NCBI GenBank assembly: GCA_048882505.1
Contig: JBHLRO010000002.1
Coordinates: forward strand, 30,001 to 62,000
Origin: Candidatus Thorarchaeota archaeon
Lineage (GTDB): Archaea > Asgardarchaeota > Heimdallarchaeia > Hodarchaeales > Hodarchaeaceae
DNA: 32,000 nt
Reading direction: 5' to 3'
Positions within the stretch are counted from its first letter, which is position 1. The number at the start of each line of letters is the position of its first letter. Under the pieces are notes generated by a model. That model did not search any database, was not told the DNA's origin, and was given only the letters and a program-made list of their open reading frames with translations. Both the position numbers and the translations under genes were made by a program. Shown here one piece after another: positions 8,324 through 17,348 of this stretch.

Positions 8324-8343
8324 CTACTGAATGAATTCAATAG
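8324..8343 (-). repeat. Right-end subterminal hairpin of the IS element
   Basis: Minus strand CTATTGAA-TTCA-TTCAGTAG, 8 bp with one G-T pair. Confidence 0.75.
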
Positions 8344-9497
8344 TTTGTAGCTAGCACTCGCCCTAACTTAACAAGCGTTAGAGTCAGGGGTAGAACCGCC
8401 ACATTCGGACTATTGACAGAAGCCCGCCCGAATTCAGCTTTGCCAAAGACGGATAGATTCCGCGCCGCATTCAGATCCGCGTTGAGTTCAAACCAACACT
8501 CGCGACAAAAGAAGACCGATCGAGAAGCCCGATTACTTTTCGAGATATATCCACAGCGAGAACAGCGGCGTGAGGTGCACTTGGGATTCACAAACAAAAT
8601 CATTTTTCCCAGCTTTTCCGCCCGTTCAATGAGAAATTGCTCTAGTTGGTAATAGGCCCAGTTTCCGAATTTTCTTCGAAGTTTCTTGGAGATTCTTTTG
8701 ATATTTTTGCTATGTTGTTTTAGACCCCGAATGTTTTCCAAAACTATACAATCATAAGGCAACTCACAAACCCATTTCGAGATTTTTCGATTTTCATCAG
8801 TCATAAACCGTCTCTCTCGACCGCTTAGCTCACGTAATTTGCGTTTGGCGGAGCGAGTGCCTTTTGACTGAAGTTTCTGTCGTAATTGTTGGTATTTCCA
8901 TTTTATGGCGAGGATATGATTTGTCGGATAAAAAAAGTTGTTGGAACAGACCGCGGCTCGCCTAATCCCGCGATCAACACCCAAAAAGGTAGTAGGTTGT
9001 CTTACTGAAACATTTGGCAATTCCAGCGTGAAATAAGCAATAATACGTCTACTATTCTTCTTGTAATGGAGAATCAGGGATTTGACAGTACCATGTAAAT
9101 ATTGGTGGAAATAGACTGGTACGATAAGATTATACCGTTTTCTGCCTCTTATGGTACTAAGCGAAACTTGATTTGATTCTAGAAACGGCGTAAATGTCCG
9201 TTGATTGTATCGAATCCCGCTTATTTCTTTCTTTACTGGCTTCTTATGCTTGAATTTTTCTCCTTTCAACATATCTGAAGCCACGTCTCTAGCACATTGG
9301 ACAAGGGATGATTGTAATGATGGATATTTCTCACGGATCGTTTTATAGGTTTTCCGGTGAAGTGTAGTTTTGTTGTAGGTTTTTAGCGCCCATCCAATGT
9401 CAATGACATGTTGAACCGCCTGATTATAGATGCGGATGGTTTCGAGTAAATCAGGATCAAACGGTAAAGGACATTGGATCGTTCTTAACATCTGCAT
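8337..9497 (-). CDS. tnpB: RNA-guided endonuclease TnpB
   Basis: RuvC-I GVDRG, RuvC-II IVLENI, zinc finger CSRC...CREC, RuvC-III NADLNAARNL; D-E-D triad intact. Confidence 0.95.
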   Translation of the reverse strand: MQMLRTIQCPLPFDPDLLETIRIYNQAVQHVIDIGWALKTYNKTTLHRKTYKTIREKYPSLQSSLVQCARDVASDMLKGEKFKHKKPVKKEISGIRYNQRTFTPFLESNQVSLSTIRGRKRYNLIVPVYFHQYLHGTVKSLILHYKKNSRRIIAYFTLELPNVSVRQPTTFLGVDRGIRRAAVCSNNFFYPTNHILAIKWKYQQLRQKLQSKGTRSAKRKLRELSGRERRFMTDENRKISKWVCELPYDCIVLENIRGLKQHSKNIKRISKKLRRKFGNWAYYQLEQFLIERAEKLGKMILFVNPKCTSRRCSRCGYISKSNRASRSVFFCRECWFELNADLNAARNLSVFGKAEFGRASVNSPNVAVLPLTLTLVKLGRVLATNY

Positions 9498-9598
9498 GAT
9501 TTGCTACTATCATTACTTTAAAAGTTTTAAATACCATAGCTTCAAGAAAGCAAATATATTCGATCTGAAAGAGCCGCCTCTCTAAATAACAGATCCTA

Positions 9599-9616
9599 TC
9601 CAGAATGAATTCAGGA
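9599..9616 (-). repeat. Left-end subterminal hairpin of the IS element
   Basis: Minus strand TCCTGAA-TTCA-TTCTGGA; AAACTCCTGAATTCATTC matches the right-end AAACTATTGAATTCATTC at 16/18. Confidence 0.7.
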
Positions 9617-9662
9617 GTTTACAACACCGTTCTCTTTACGAGAATTGGCAAGGACTGATTGA

Positions 9663-10109
9663 ATGACACAACACCCTCCTGAGCATCAAGAAATGCCTCG
9701 GTTAACGACGTTTCAGCGGTTTGAATTGTTAATTATTCCTCTTTCTTTTTTGTTGTCTGAATTCTTTATGCTTTCCCTCGCAAGTATGTTTTTGGGCAAA
9801 GATGCTTTATCAATTGTGGGAATCCCGTTCCTTGGTGGTGTTACACTAAGTTTGCCAATTGTTGCGGTTTTAAATCACGGACAATGGTTAGATTCATTCC
9901 AGCGTCTAGAAACTCTCCTTCGCTTTTTGGTCATGATTGGAGGGGCAGCCTTGGTGCCAGTCTTATTGAGTCAATTCGTCATATCGTTCTCTGGGTATGA
10001 AGTTTTCTTTTTTCTGGCTTTGATTTTTTCAGCACTTGGGGCGACAATCACTCTCTCTTGCCTTCTCGTTCTGTGGCGTGGCCTGGCTATTGAGCCGATT
10101 TCAGGATAA
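9663..10109 (+). CDS. Hypothetical integral membrane protein (~4 TM)
   Basis: Four long hydrophobic segments; convergent 23-nt overlap with the next gene. Confidence 0.65.
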   Translation: MTQHPPEHQEMPRLTTFQRFELLIIPLSFLLSEFFMLSLASMFLGKDALSIVGIPFLGGVTLSLPIVAVLNHGQWLDSFQRLETLLRFLVMIGGAALVPVLLSQFVISFSGYEVFFFLALIFSALGATITLSCLLVLWRGLAIEPISG

Positions 10110-10788
10110 TTCGTGCATCAACAACCGAAACCCCCTTGGCCGTGGCAAATACTGGATTAAGGTCTAGTTCTTCGATTTCTGGGTGAGACTCAATAAATCG
10201 CGAGGTTTTTAACAATAACTCTACAAGAGCATGCTTATCAACGGGGGGTTGTCCTCTAACTCCATCCAATAATGGGGCTGCTTTGATCTCGGAAAGCATT
10301 TCAGCTGCATCCTCAGGAGTTATCGGGATCAATCGAAACACAACATCCTTAAAGACCTCAACAAAAATCCCACCTAGCCCAAAAGATAAGATTGACCCGA
10401 ACATTGGGTCTTGGGCTGATCCTACTAAAAGTTCAATCCCAGTTTCCATTTTTTCGAGAACGTATCCTTCAATGTGAGCAGAAGGAGCCTTTTGTCTGAG
10501 TGTTTCCTCAAGTCCTTCAAACTTCTCCTGGAGATCCAACACATCCATTATTCCTGTAATAACTCCCCCAACATCCGATTTGTGGACAATATCAGGGGAA
10601 CTAACCTTAAGAACGAGCGGAAAACCAATTCTTTTTGCTTCGGTAAGAATCTCCTCAAGGGTTTTCCCAAATCCAGTTGGATTAATGGGAAAACCTTCGT
10701 ACACAAGTATGGCTTTGGATTCTTTGATAGTAAGTACCTTTCTTCCTTGTTGGATTGCTTGCGTTATGACGCGTTGAGTTTCAACCAA
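10087..10788 (-). CDS. acdB: ADP-forming acetate/acyl-CoA synthetase beta subunit (ATP-grasp)
   Basis: IGFPLVLKVSSPDIVHKSDVGGV, DPMFG...FGLGGIFVEVFKD, ELDLNPV...VVDARI. Confidence 0.9.
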   Translation of the reverse strand: MVETQRVITQAIQQGRKVLTIKESKAILVYEGFPINPTGFGKTLEEILTEAKRIGFPLVLKVSSPDIVHKSDVGGVITGIMDVLDLQEKFEGLEETLRQKAPSAHIEGYVLEKMETGIELLVGSAQDPMFGSILSFGLGGIFVEVFKDVVFRLIPITPEDAAEMLSEIKAAPLLDGVRGQPPVDKHALVELLLKTSRFIESHPEIEELDLNPVFATAKGVSVVDARIILKSAQ

Positions 10789-10849
10789 GATTCATCGCTA
10801 CCTGTCCTTAATTTAATACGAGAGTGGTCAAAAGGAATCTCTTTAATAC

Positions 10850-11782
10850 TTAATAATTCAGTTCTGAGCCGAGGGATTTCATCCTGCTATCTATTTTCTT
10901 TACCCCTGTAACCATTCTCCCGTTCCTGCTCTCCCCCTTAGTCACGCTCACGAATTCAGGAGCATCCTCCAGCACCTCAATACAATCCGATGTCAATGCA
11001 AAAAGCGTTGCTTTTGTCCCGATGCCGCGCACCCCTGCCAGAATCAAAACCCAATGGCGTTCACTATCGGGACGGCGAAACAACGCAATTAATCCATTTT
11101 CTGGATTTGCATAAGCAGTTTTTCCAACCATTATCCGGTTTTCAACAAAGCAGATCCCAAACTTGTCCTCTAAAGTAGAGTTATAATCTGCAGTGAGAGT
11201 ATTGGTGATGTGTCCTCCGAGGATAATGAGATTCGTCCGCTCCTTTTGGTGATATTTTTCATAATCTACGTCGGTACTGAGAAAATAAGGAAAAAGCCGG
11301 TTTTCACGCCTCCACCTGGTAAGATGACATCCCAAATATCCGCAGAGTTCTGAAACTAGATATCCATCGCGTGAAATGGCATCATACCGTCCATGCGGTT
11401 CTGCTGAACCCACAATGATTCTTGCATCAAATTCCTCATTCTTCACGAATCGTCCGGCGAAAATCCTATCAAAAACAGTATCATTAGGAACTCCTCTTTT
11501 GCGAGAATCTAGTGATAAATAGTATTCGACAGCCACGGGCTTGAAGAGCTTCGCTCTCCCTCGGTTTTTTCCAGGCTTAATACCGATAGGAATAATGAGT
11601 CCCGCTTCACGAAGTTTGGCCATATGATAATGAACTTTCGACTCTGAAATGTTGAGTTCTTCTGAAATACGTTTAGCATAATTGGTCTCATCATCTGAAA
11701 GCAACATCATGATTTGCCAGCGGAGATCATGCGCCAAAAGTCTTGCGATTTTCGGATCAATTTTACGGGAATGGCGTAACAT
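10850..11782 (-). CDS. ArsR-like winged-HTH transcriptional regulator with uncharacterised C-terminal domain
   Basis: N-terminal LRWQIMMLL...YAKRISEELNISESKVHYHMAKLREAGLI; C-terminal IIVGSAEPHG...LIILGG...LAGVRGIGT. ATG at 11782 preferred over the upstream TTG at 11797. Confidence 0.75.
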   Translation of the reverse strand: MLRHSRKIDPKIARLLAHDLRWQIMMLLSDDETNYAKRISEELNISESKVHYHMAKLREAGLIIPIGIKPGKNRGRAKLFKPVAVEYYLSLDSRKRGVPNDTVFDRIFAGRFVKNEEFDARIIVGSAEPHGRYDAISRDGYLVSELCGYLGCHLTRWRRENRLFPYFLSTDVDYEKYHQKERTNLIILGGHITNTLTADYNSTLEDKFGICFVENRIMVGKTAYANPENGLIALFRRPDSERHWVLILAGVRGIGTKATLFALTSDCIEVLEDAPEFVSVTKGESRNGRMVTGVKKIDSRMKSLGSELNY

Positions 11783-12161
11783 CGGATTAACTACCAAAGC
11801 TGTGTTATTTAAACATTCAGGTCAGATTCGTGTCTAATCGATCTTACTACTTCAAATCAGGCTAGAGTAGTCAATATGAGGATCTACCTTCTGTTCCAAT
11901 TGTTTCTCCTTAAAAACACATCTATGTGAGTAAAAAGAAAAAAATGACTCATATTGGTCGTAAAACTGTCTGTTTCCATGTCTCCTTGAAAAAATGGCAT
12001 GACATATTCAGGAAACCTTTAAGGTAACACATTTAAAAGCCCCCCTTATAGCTAGAACTACTCGTTTCCTACTTTCGTTTCCTTACTCTAGATCTAAAAC
12101 TCGCGGAGTGACAGGGAAAACCGGGATTTTCAGGTAATAGAATCTAAAGGAAGTATCTTCT

Positions 12162-13991
12162 ATGTGTGGGATTATCGCTATTACAACCAGTGCTCGCAAA
12201 AATGTTTCCCCAATGATCACAGCTGGACTGAAACGCCTAGAATACCGAGGATATGACAGTGTGGGGGTTTCTGTGTTGAACGGAGATGGACAGATCGAAA
12301 CCTTAAAAGACAAAGGTACCATTGATCAGGTAAGTAAGCGTATGTCATTTACCAACCTTGAGGGACAAGTCGGAATTGGTCATACACGATGGGCTACTCA
12401 CGGGCCGCCAAATCAAATTAACGCCCATCCGCACTCTGATTGCACAGGAAAGATCGTCCTGGTACATAATGGCATTATCGAGAACTATATGAAGTTGAAA
12501 AAGGGTCTTCTCAATCGAGGCCATGAATTTGTTTCAGATACCGATACTGAAGTTATCTGTCATCTGCTTGAAGAAGCATTGGACGATCCTGACGAAAAAA
12601 CGTCCGTTTCGGCTTTTAAACAGGTACTAGCTCAGATTGAAGGCACCTATGCACTTGTCTGGTTTACCCGCGATGATCCTGAAACCATTTTTCTGGCCCG
12701 AAAGGACAGCCCCTTGGTAATTGGAGTCAAGGATGACACGAAGTTTGCAGCAAGCGACATTCCCGCGTTTTTAGAATATACCAAAAGAGCTATTGTCTTG
12801 AAAAACGGAGAAATCGCCACCATTACACCCCAAACGGTTTATATTGAAAAAGGGGGATATCGTATTCAACCAAAGCCTGTGATTGTCACATGGACCGCTG
12901 AAAGTGCTCAAAAAAGTGGATATCCGCACTATATGCTTAAAGAAATTCACGAACAACCCCTTGCGCTGAAAAACACCTTACTCATCGACCAGAATATGAT
13001 CGAAAGCGCTGCGAAAATGATTTTGGATGCAGATCAGATCGCAATACTAGCATGTGGTACAAGTTATCACGCAGGGTTGTCGGGATATCATTATCTCCAA
13101 CCAATGTTAAAGAAAAAGCCTATCTTCCCTTTAATTGCTTCAGAATACGAAACGTACTCCTCTTTTATGGATGAAGACAGCTTAATCCTAGCAATTAGTC
13201 AGTCAGGAGAAACACTTGATGTGATGAAGGCGGTTAGTGCTGCACGTAAGGCTGGAGCCTCAGTTGTTACTGTGGCGAATGTTATTGACTCATCTATCCC
13301 TCGAATGAGCCATGTCTCGCTCTATACAAAGGCGGGGCCAGAGATCGGAGTTGCAGCTACCAAAACCCACACCGCCCAAATTGCCCTGCTTGGCCGACTA
13401 GGGCTCCAAGTTAAGCACGAACTAGGGCTCCTAACCTCTAAAGAATTGATCCAAGACCACGATTATCTTTTGCAAGAAATCTCAAAGCTTACTCGAACGG
13501 TTATTACTCAAAATGAATTTAAGGCAAAAGAACTAGCAGGAAAAATCTCCAATCAGCATTCTGCCTACTTTCTAGCACGTGGGGCGAGCCTTCCCGTAGC
13601 TATGGAAGGCGCACTAAAACTTAAAGAAATCTCTTATATCCACGCTGAAGCTTTTCCTGCTGGAGAGTCAAAGCATGGCCCAATTGCTATTGTCGAACCA
13701 ACCTTCCCCGTGATATTGATAGCTCCTGATGATTGGACCGTTAAAAAAATCGTAAGCAACGCTGAAGAGATGCGTGCACGTGGTGGACATATCATATCGG
13801 TAGCAGAACCCAACCACCCAATCATTGAACGGTCTGATTTTTCTTTTGTGGTACCCAATCCGTCTCTTACGTTTCTCCGTCCTATCCTAGATGTGATCCC
13901 CCTTCAGATGCTCAGCTATTACGCGGCTACCAGCCGAGGTTATGATCCTGACAAGCCTAAAAATCTCGCCAAAACAGTAACTGTCGAATGA
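12162..13991 (+). CDS. glmS: Glutamine-fructose-6-phosphate transaminase (isomerizing)
   Basis: MCGI N-terminal nucleophile, LEYRGYDS, GHTRWATHG, SQSGET, ESKHGP, DKPKNLAKTVTVE. Confidence 0.98.
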   Translation: MCGIIAITTSARKNVSPMITAGLKRLEYRGYDSVGVSVLNGDGQIETLKDKGTIDQVSKRMSFTNLEGQVGIGHTRWATHGPPNQINAHPHSDCTGKIVLVHNGIIENYMKLKKGLLNRGHEFVSDTDTEVICHLLEEALDDPDEKTSVSAFKQVLAQIEGTYALVWFTRDDPETIFLARKDSPLVIGVKDDTKFAASDIPAFLEYTKRAIVLKNGEIATITPQTVYIEKGGYRIQPKPVIVTWTAESAQKSGYPHYMLKEIHEQPLALKNTLLIDQNMIESAAKMILDADQIAILACGTSYHAGLSGYHYLQPMLKKKPIFPLIASEYETYSSFMDEDSLILAISQSGETLDVMKAVSAARKAGASVVTVANVIDSSIPRMSHVSLYTKAGPEIGVAATKTHTAQIALLGRLGLQVKHELGLLTSKELIQDHDYLLQEISKLTRTVITQNEFKAKELAGKISNQHSAYFLARGASLPVAMEGALKLKEISYIHAEAFPAGESKHGPIAIVEPTFPVILIAPDDWTVKKIVSNAEEMRARGGHIISVAEPNHPIIERSDFSFVVPNPSLTFLRPILDVIPLQMLSYYAATSRGYDPDKPKNLAKTVTVE

Positions 13992-14000
13992 TCCGCTTAG

Positions 14001-14327
14001 TTACTCGGCCGTATTGTCATCCACCGGAATTCGATAGAAGGGTTTCTCGTGTCCTACTTGAACACAAATCGCCCCAGGTAGGCATTCGTGAGGATCACCC
14101 TTTTCGATATAGTCAGAAAAGTGCCGAACTATTTCCTCTCTCTCCTCTGAAAAAGCAATCACCCTGCTGCCATATAACAGCACCCACATCCCCTTTAGGA
14201 CTCGTTGAAGGAGAGTCTGGATACTCCAATAGCTCTCTTCTTCACGGAGGAAGTGATCGAGGAGACGTGTCATCGTATATAACCATATCTCGCTGGAAAT
14301 TTCCAAATTTCCAGCCATTAGACTCAT
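14001..14327 (-). CDS. Hypothetical protein, possibly DUF5678-like
   Basis: KGMWVLLYGSRVIAFSEEREEI resembles the DUF5678 pattern from memory; weak. Confidence 0.4.
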   Translation of the reverse strand: MSLMAGNLEISSEIWLYTMTRLLDHFLREEESYWSIQTLLQRVLKGMWVLLYGSRVIAFSEEREEIVRHFSDYIEKGDPHECLPGAICVQVGHEKPFYRIPVDDNTAE

Positions 14328-14502
14328 GTGTTGAGATATTTGAGCCTCTAGGCTTACGATTTTGTGGGCTGACCCTCAGAAAAATGTCGGATTTAAAAAT
14401 GTTATCTCCTTTTAAATCCCAAGAAACGGATTGGTACAATATCGGTGCGGTATTACGTTAAGCGCCGTGGCGAAAATATCTAGTATGATTTCGCAATCTA
14501 CG

Positions 14503-15000
14503 TCAAATGGGTTCGAAAAGGAGCCAAAAATGGATAGCAAGCCCGAGCAAAATACTCATAGCTACCAATCGGATGGTGCTGCCGATTAACCGTTCCCTAA
14601 TCGTTCGATCTTGACTTGTTTCAACAAAAAAGATTAGCCAAATTGTAGAGAGTATTCCTAAGATGCTAAACATGAGGGCGAGCGGAAAATACAGACCAGG
14701 ATCTAAAATAGGATTCCATGGCCCTGGTCCGCCTGCGATTGTGCTGGTATTGGTATCTTCAGTCTCAGATGTGGTAGTGGATGTTGTAGTGTTTGTTGTA
14801 TCCGTGGTATTTTCTTGGGTAATCACTAATGGTAATTTAATTTTACTAAATTCGTTACCATAGAGGAAATGAGGAGAATCTTGCACTTCCTGGTTGCCAG
14901 ATATAATCAGGGTGGGATAAGGATTTAACACTAAACTAGCAAGGATGATTAATGGCATTAACTTACCTAAAACTTGTGAGAAGGTCTTGAGGGTCATCAT
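14503..15000 (-). CDS. Hypothetical membrane-anchored protein with Thr-rich linker
   Basis: N-terminal hydrophobic signal, TTDTTNTTTSTTTSET low-complexity linker, two C-terminal TM helices. Confidence 0.7.
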   Translation of the reverse strand: MMTLKTFSQVLGKLMPLIILASLVLNPYPTLIISGNQEVQDSPHFLYGNEFSKIKLPLVITQENTTDTTNTTTSTTTSETEDTNTSTIAGGPGPWNPILDPGLYFPLALMFSILGILSTIWLIFFVETSQDRTIRERLIGSTIRLVAMSILLGLAIHFWLLFEPI

Positions 15001-15155
15001 TGATCCTTATTCCGATTTCAAGGAGGTTTTAACTCGTTTTTCGAGTACTAGGCGTTAAAACACGCCCCTTTTATCGCTTTTGGCGTAATTTACTTAGCCT
15101 TTTCTTTCTTTGGCTGAGTACTCATCTTTCATTTAAGGGTAGAACAAACCTCCTT

Positions 15156-15533
15156 GTGAGAACAATGCCAGTCGAAAAATCGCGGTTCCCTCTCATACGA
15201 ATTCAAAAAGCCCTTCAATTGATGGTAATTCTCCATCTAGCAGATGGTATCGTAGATCAGAGCGGGGATGAGGAGTTTGCCAACGCACTTCTGAAATCAA
15301 ATTTTCGCGTTGTTTTGCAGTCAAATCTAGCAATGCCCATCCGTCTGGCCCACAATAATGTGCATGAAATTTATGAAATGGTAATCTTAAATCAACGCGG
15401 ATTTGTGGCAAAGGAAGGACGGATTAATCGTTATTTGGTAGTACTCGCGCTAGATAAAGAAAATATTCTTGCTGCCATTGGTGACGACCTAGATCCGGGG
15501 ATGGTACTATTTGAAATAATGCAGTACATCTAA
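15156..15533 (+). CDS. Putative Roadblock/LC7 (MglB-like) domain protein
   Basis: VILHLADGIVDQS strand-DG pattern, central helix, beta strands and terminal DLDPGMVLFEI pattern; judged by eye. The start may be the ATG at 15165. Confidence 0.5.
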   Translation: MRTMPVEKSRFPLIRIQKALQLMVILHLADGIVDQSGDEEFANALLKSNFRVVLQSNLAMPIRLAHNNVHEIYEMVILNQRGFVAKEGRINRYLVVLALDKENILAAIGDDLDPGMVLFEIMQYI

Positions 15534-15564
15534 AATCATTTTTCTTTGGGACAGTGATAATTCC

Positions 15565-16590
15565 ATGGCTACTCATTCCGCCTCTCACGAAAAAACTTTC
15601 TCCCTGTGGGAACGTCTCCGCGCAATCTTGATTTTACTTCGACCGCATCAATATTATAAGAACGTCCTAGCCTTTTTTGGGATATTTTTCTCTGGAAATC
15701 TGTTTCGTACTGACCTCTGGATTCCTATCGGACTTGCCTTCCTAGCATTATGCCTTGTTTCCAGCCTTAGCTATCTAATCAATGACTTTCGGGATCGTGA
15801 AAAGGATCGACATCACCCCGAAAAGGCCCAACGTCCTTTTCCGTCAGGAAAAATAAGCCCACTTCAGGGATTGGCCATTGGAGTTATACTTCTAATTATT
15901 TTATGTGGGGTCCTGATTTTTATCCCTCAAACTACTGAAGAGATTTTTGTCTGGCCCACAATACCTGATCAGGAAGCAAATATTGTATTAGAATCCAAAA
16001 TCGCATTTCTCTTGGTTCTTGGTGCGTTATTTATTACCAGTCAACTCTATAACTTGCGTTTGAAAGAAATTGTCTTTGCTGATGTTATTACCTTGTCCGT
16101 GAATTATGTCTGGCGAGCCATGGCGGGAGCGGTACTGATATCGGTTTCAGTTTCGCCATGGCTGATTATCCTTTGTTTCATCACTGCTATGTTTTTGTCA
16201 TTAGCCAAGCGTAAGGGTGATTTGGCAGTATTGGGAGAATCTGCACGGCAGCATAAAGAAGTTTTCAGATTTTATACTCCTGAACTCATAAATCAGAGTT
16301 TAACCACAATTACCGCAATTGAGTTGTTAGCAGTATTTATCTATCTCGTAGATCGACATGCAAACGAGACCGTGTTTCTTGTCGCAGCATTGCCGCTGTT
16401 TTCTCTCGGAATTTTCCGCTTTTTATTTTTGGTCTCTAATAATAGTGTGGTTGGTCGAAAGGCTGAGCGGCTCTTTTTTGATAAACAGATCTTTTTTACT
16501 GGTTTGATTATTGTAGTATTGTTTGGGATCGCGATTTACTTCCCCGGCTTCTTAGACAATCTCTTGGGACTACCGCCAGACATGCCATGA
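15565..16590 (+). CDS. UbiA-family prenyltransferase, decaprenyl-phosphate phosphoribosyltransferase-like subgroup
   Basis: LRPHQYYKN, YLINDFRDREKDRHHPEKAQRPFPSG, FLSLAKRKGDL; multiple TM helices. Confidence 0.85.
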   Translation: MATHSASHEKTFSLWERLRAILILLRPHQYYKNVLAFFGIFFSGNLFRTDLWIPIGLAFLALCLVSSLSYLINDFRDREKDRHHPEKAQRPFPSGKISPLQGLAIGVILLIILCGVLIFIPQTTEEIFVWPTIPDQEANIVLESKIAFLLVLGALFITSQLYNLRLKEIVFADVITLSVNYVWRAMAGAVLISVSVSPWLIILCFITAMFLSLAKRKGDLAVLGESARQHKEVFRFYTPELINQSLTTITAIELLAVFIYLVDRHANETVFLVAALPLFSLGIFRFLFLVSNNSVVGRKAERLFFDKQIFFTGLIIVVLFGIAIYFPGFLDNLLGLPPDMP

Positions 16591-16677
16591 TCGGGTTACG
16601 GTCAACGATCCTTTTTTCTTCCCCCCTCATCTCAGATAAATTAAGGAAAAGGGAAGTGAATTTGGTTACTTGGTCTC

Positions 16678-17061
16678 TCAATCGTCGTTGTCGTCGTTTT
16701 CGGCTTCTTCTTCGATTTCCTCATCCAAATTAAGGTCATCAAGATCAATGGGTTCTGGAGGAGGTGTTGTCGCCATAGTATAGCCAATCCAGGCGATAAT
16801 AAAGCCAATCATCATCGTAGCTAGAAATACGGGCCAAATAACGGCGTCCTGCCACCCGACTTTCAAAAAAGGAATCAGGTTGACTAACCAAGTAAGATCT
16901 AGGCCAAAAAGGGGACCTCGGGGGTCTCCAGCAATCACCTGTGTAGTAAAGTAGTATTGGATGGGTAGATAGATAATGTAAAGGATCATGAGGACTAAGG
17001 TTACAAAGAATATACCATATCCATAAATTTTATCTTTAGACATTTCCAATTCATTCTCCAA
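16678..17061 (-). CDS. Two-TM membrane protein with WIGYTMATTPPP motif and acidic tail (DPM2-like?)
   Basis: Two TM helices followed by AWIGYTMATTPPPEPI, a motif I recall in a conserved archaeal small membrane family; the DPM2 resemblance is inference. Confidence 0.7.
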   Translation of the reverse strand: MENELEMSKDKIYGYGIFFVTLVLMILYIIYLPIQYYFTTQVIAGDPRGPLFGLDLTWLVNLIPFLKVGWQDAVIWPVFLATMMIGFIIAWIGYTMATTPPPEPIDLDDLNLDEEIEEEAENDDNDD

Positions 17062-17348
17062 ATTTCTCTAGTTCGCTTCTCCTGATCTTTCATCGTAGAT
17101 TTGAAAATAGGTCGAAATAAGGGACAGAGAGCCCGATATTCACCCTTCTTTTTATCTTTTTATGTGCGTCCAAGCTGAGTTATTAAATTCTTTCTTCGTA
17201 AGATTGGAACCATATCTATCTCTTAGGCTTTTTACTCCAGGTTAAAGGTGTTGAGTTGAATTTGCTACAAAGGGGAAGTACGAGGATATCTACAATATCT
17301 GATCTATTCCAATTAGAAAGTACTTTTCTGTGGGGAACCCGGGAGTCA

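Larger units (their letters stand above)
8316..9640 (-). mobile_element. Non-autonomous IS200/IS605-family (tnpB-only, IS1341-like) element
   Basis: tnpB flanked by two related hairpins with the same TTCA loop (8324-8343, 9599-9616); right end reads ...GTAGTAATTGAC on the minus strand; no tnpA. The left boundary is approximate. Confidence 0.75.

Noticed and set aside
8160-9660. TnpB as a CRISPR-associated Cas12f/Cas14
   Set aside because: No repeat-spacer array or cas1/2/4 nearby; IS-type end hairpins explain the locus.
11924-12005. Short inverted repeats (TGAGT/ACTCA, ATGTC/GACAT) as operator sites
   Set aside because: 5-bp arms with long spacers are expected by chance in AT-rich DNA.
12058-12161. 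glmS ribozyme
   Set aside because: Lacks the conserved ribozyme core and is too short; kept only as a generic leader hypothesis.
13988-14461. 157-aa plus-strand ORF after glmS
   Set aside because: Ser/Pro-rich, non-protein-like composition; overlaps a more plausible minus-strand ORF.
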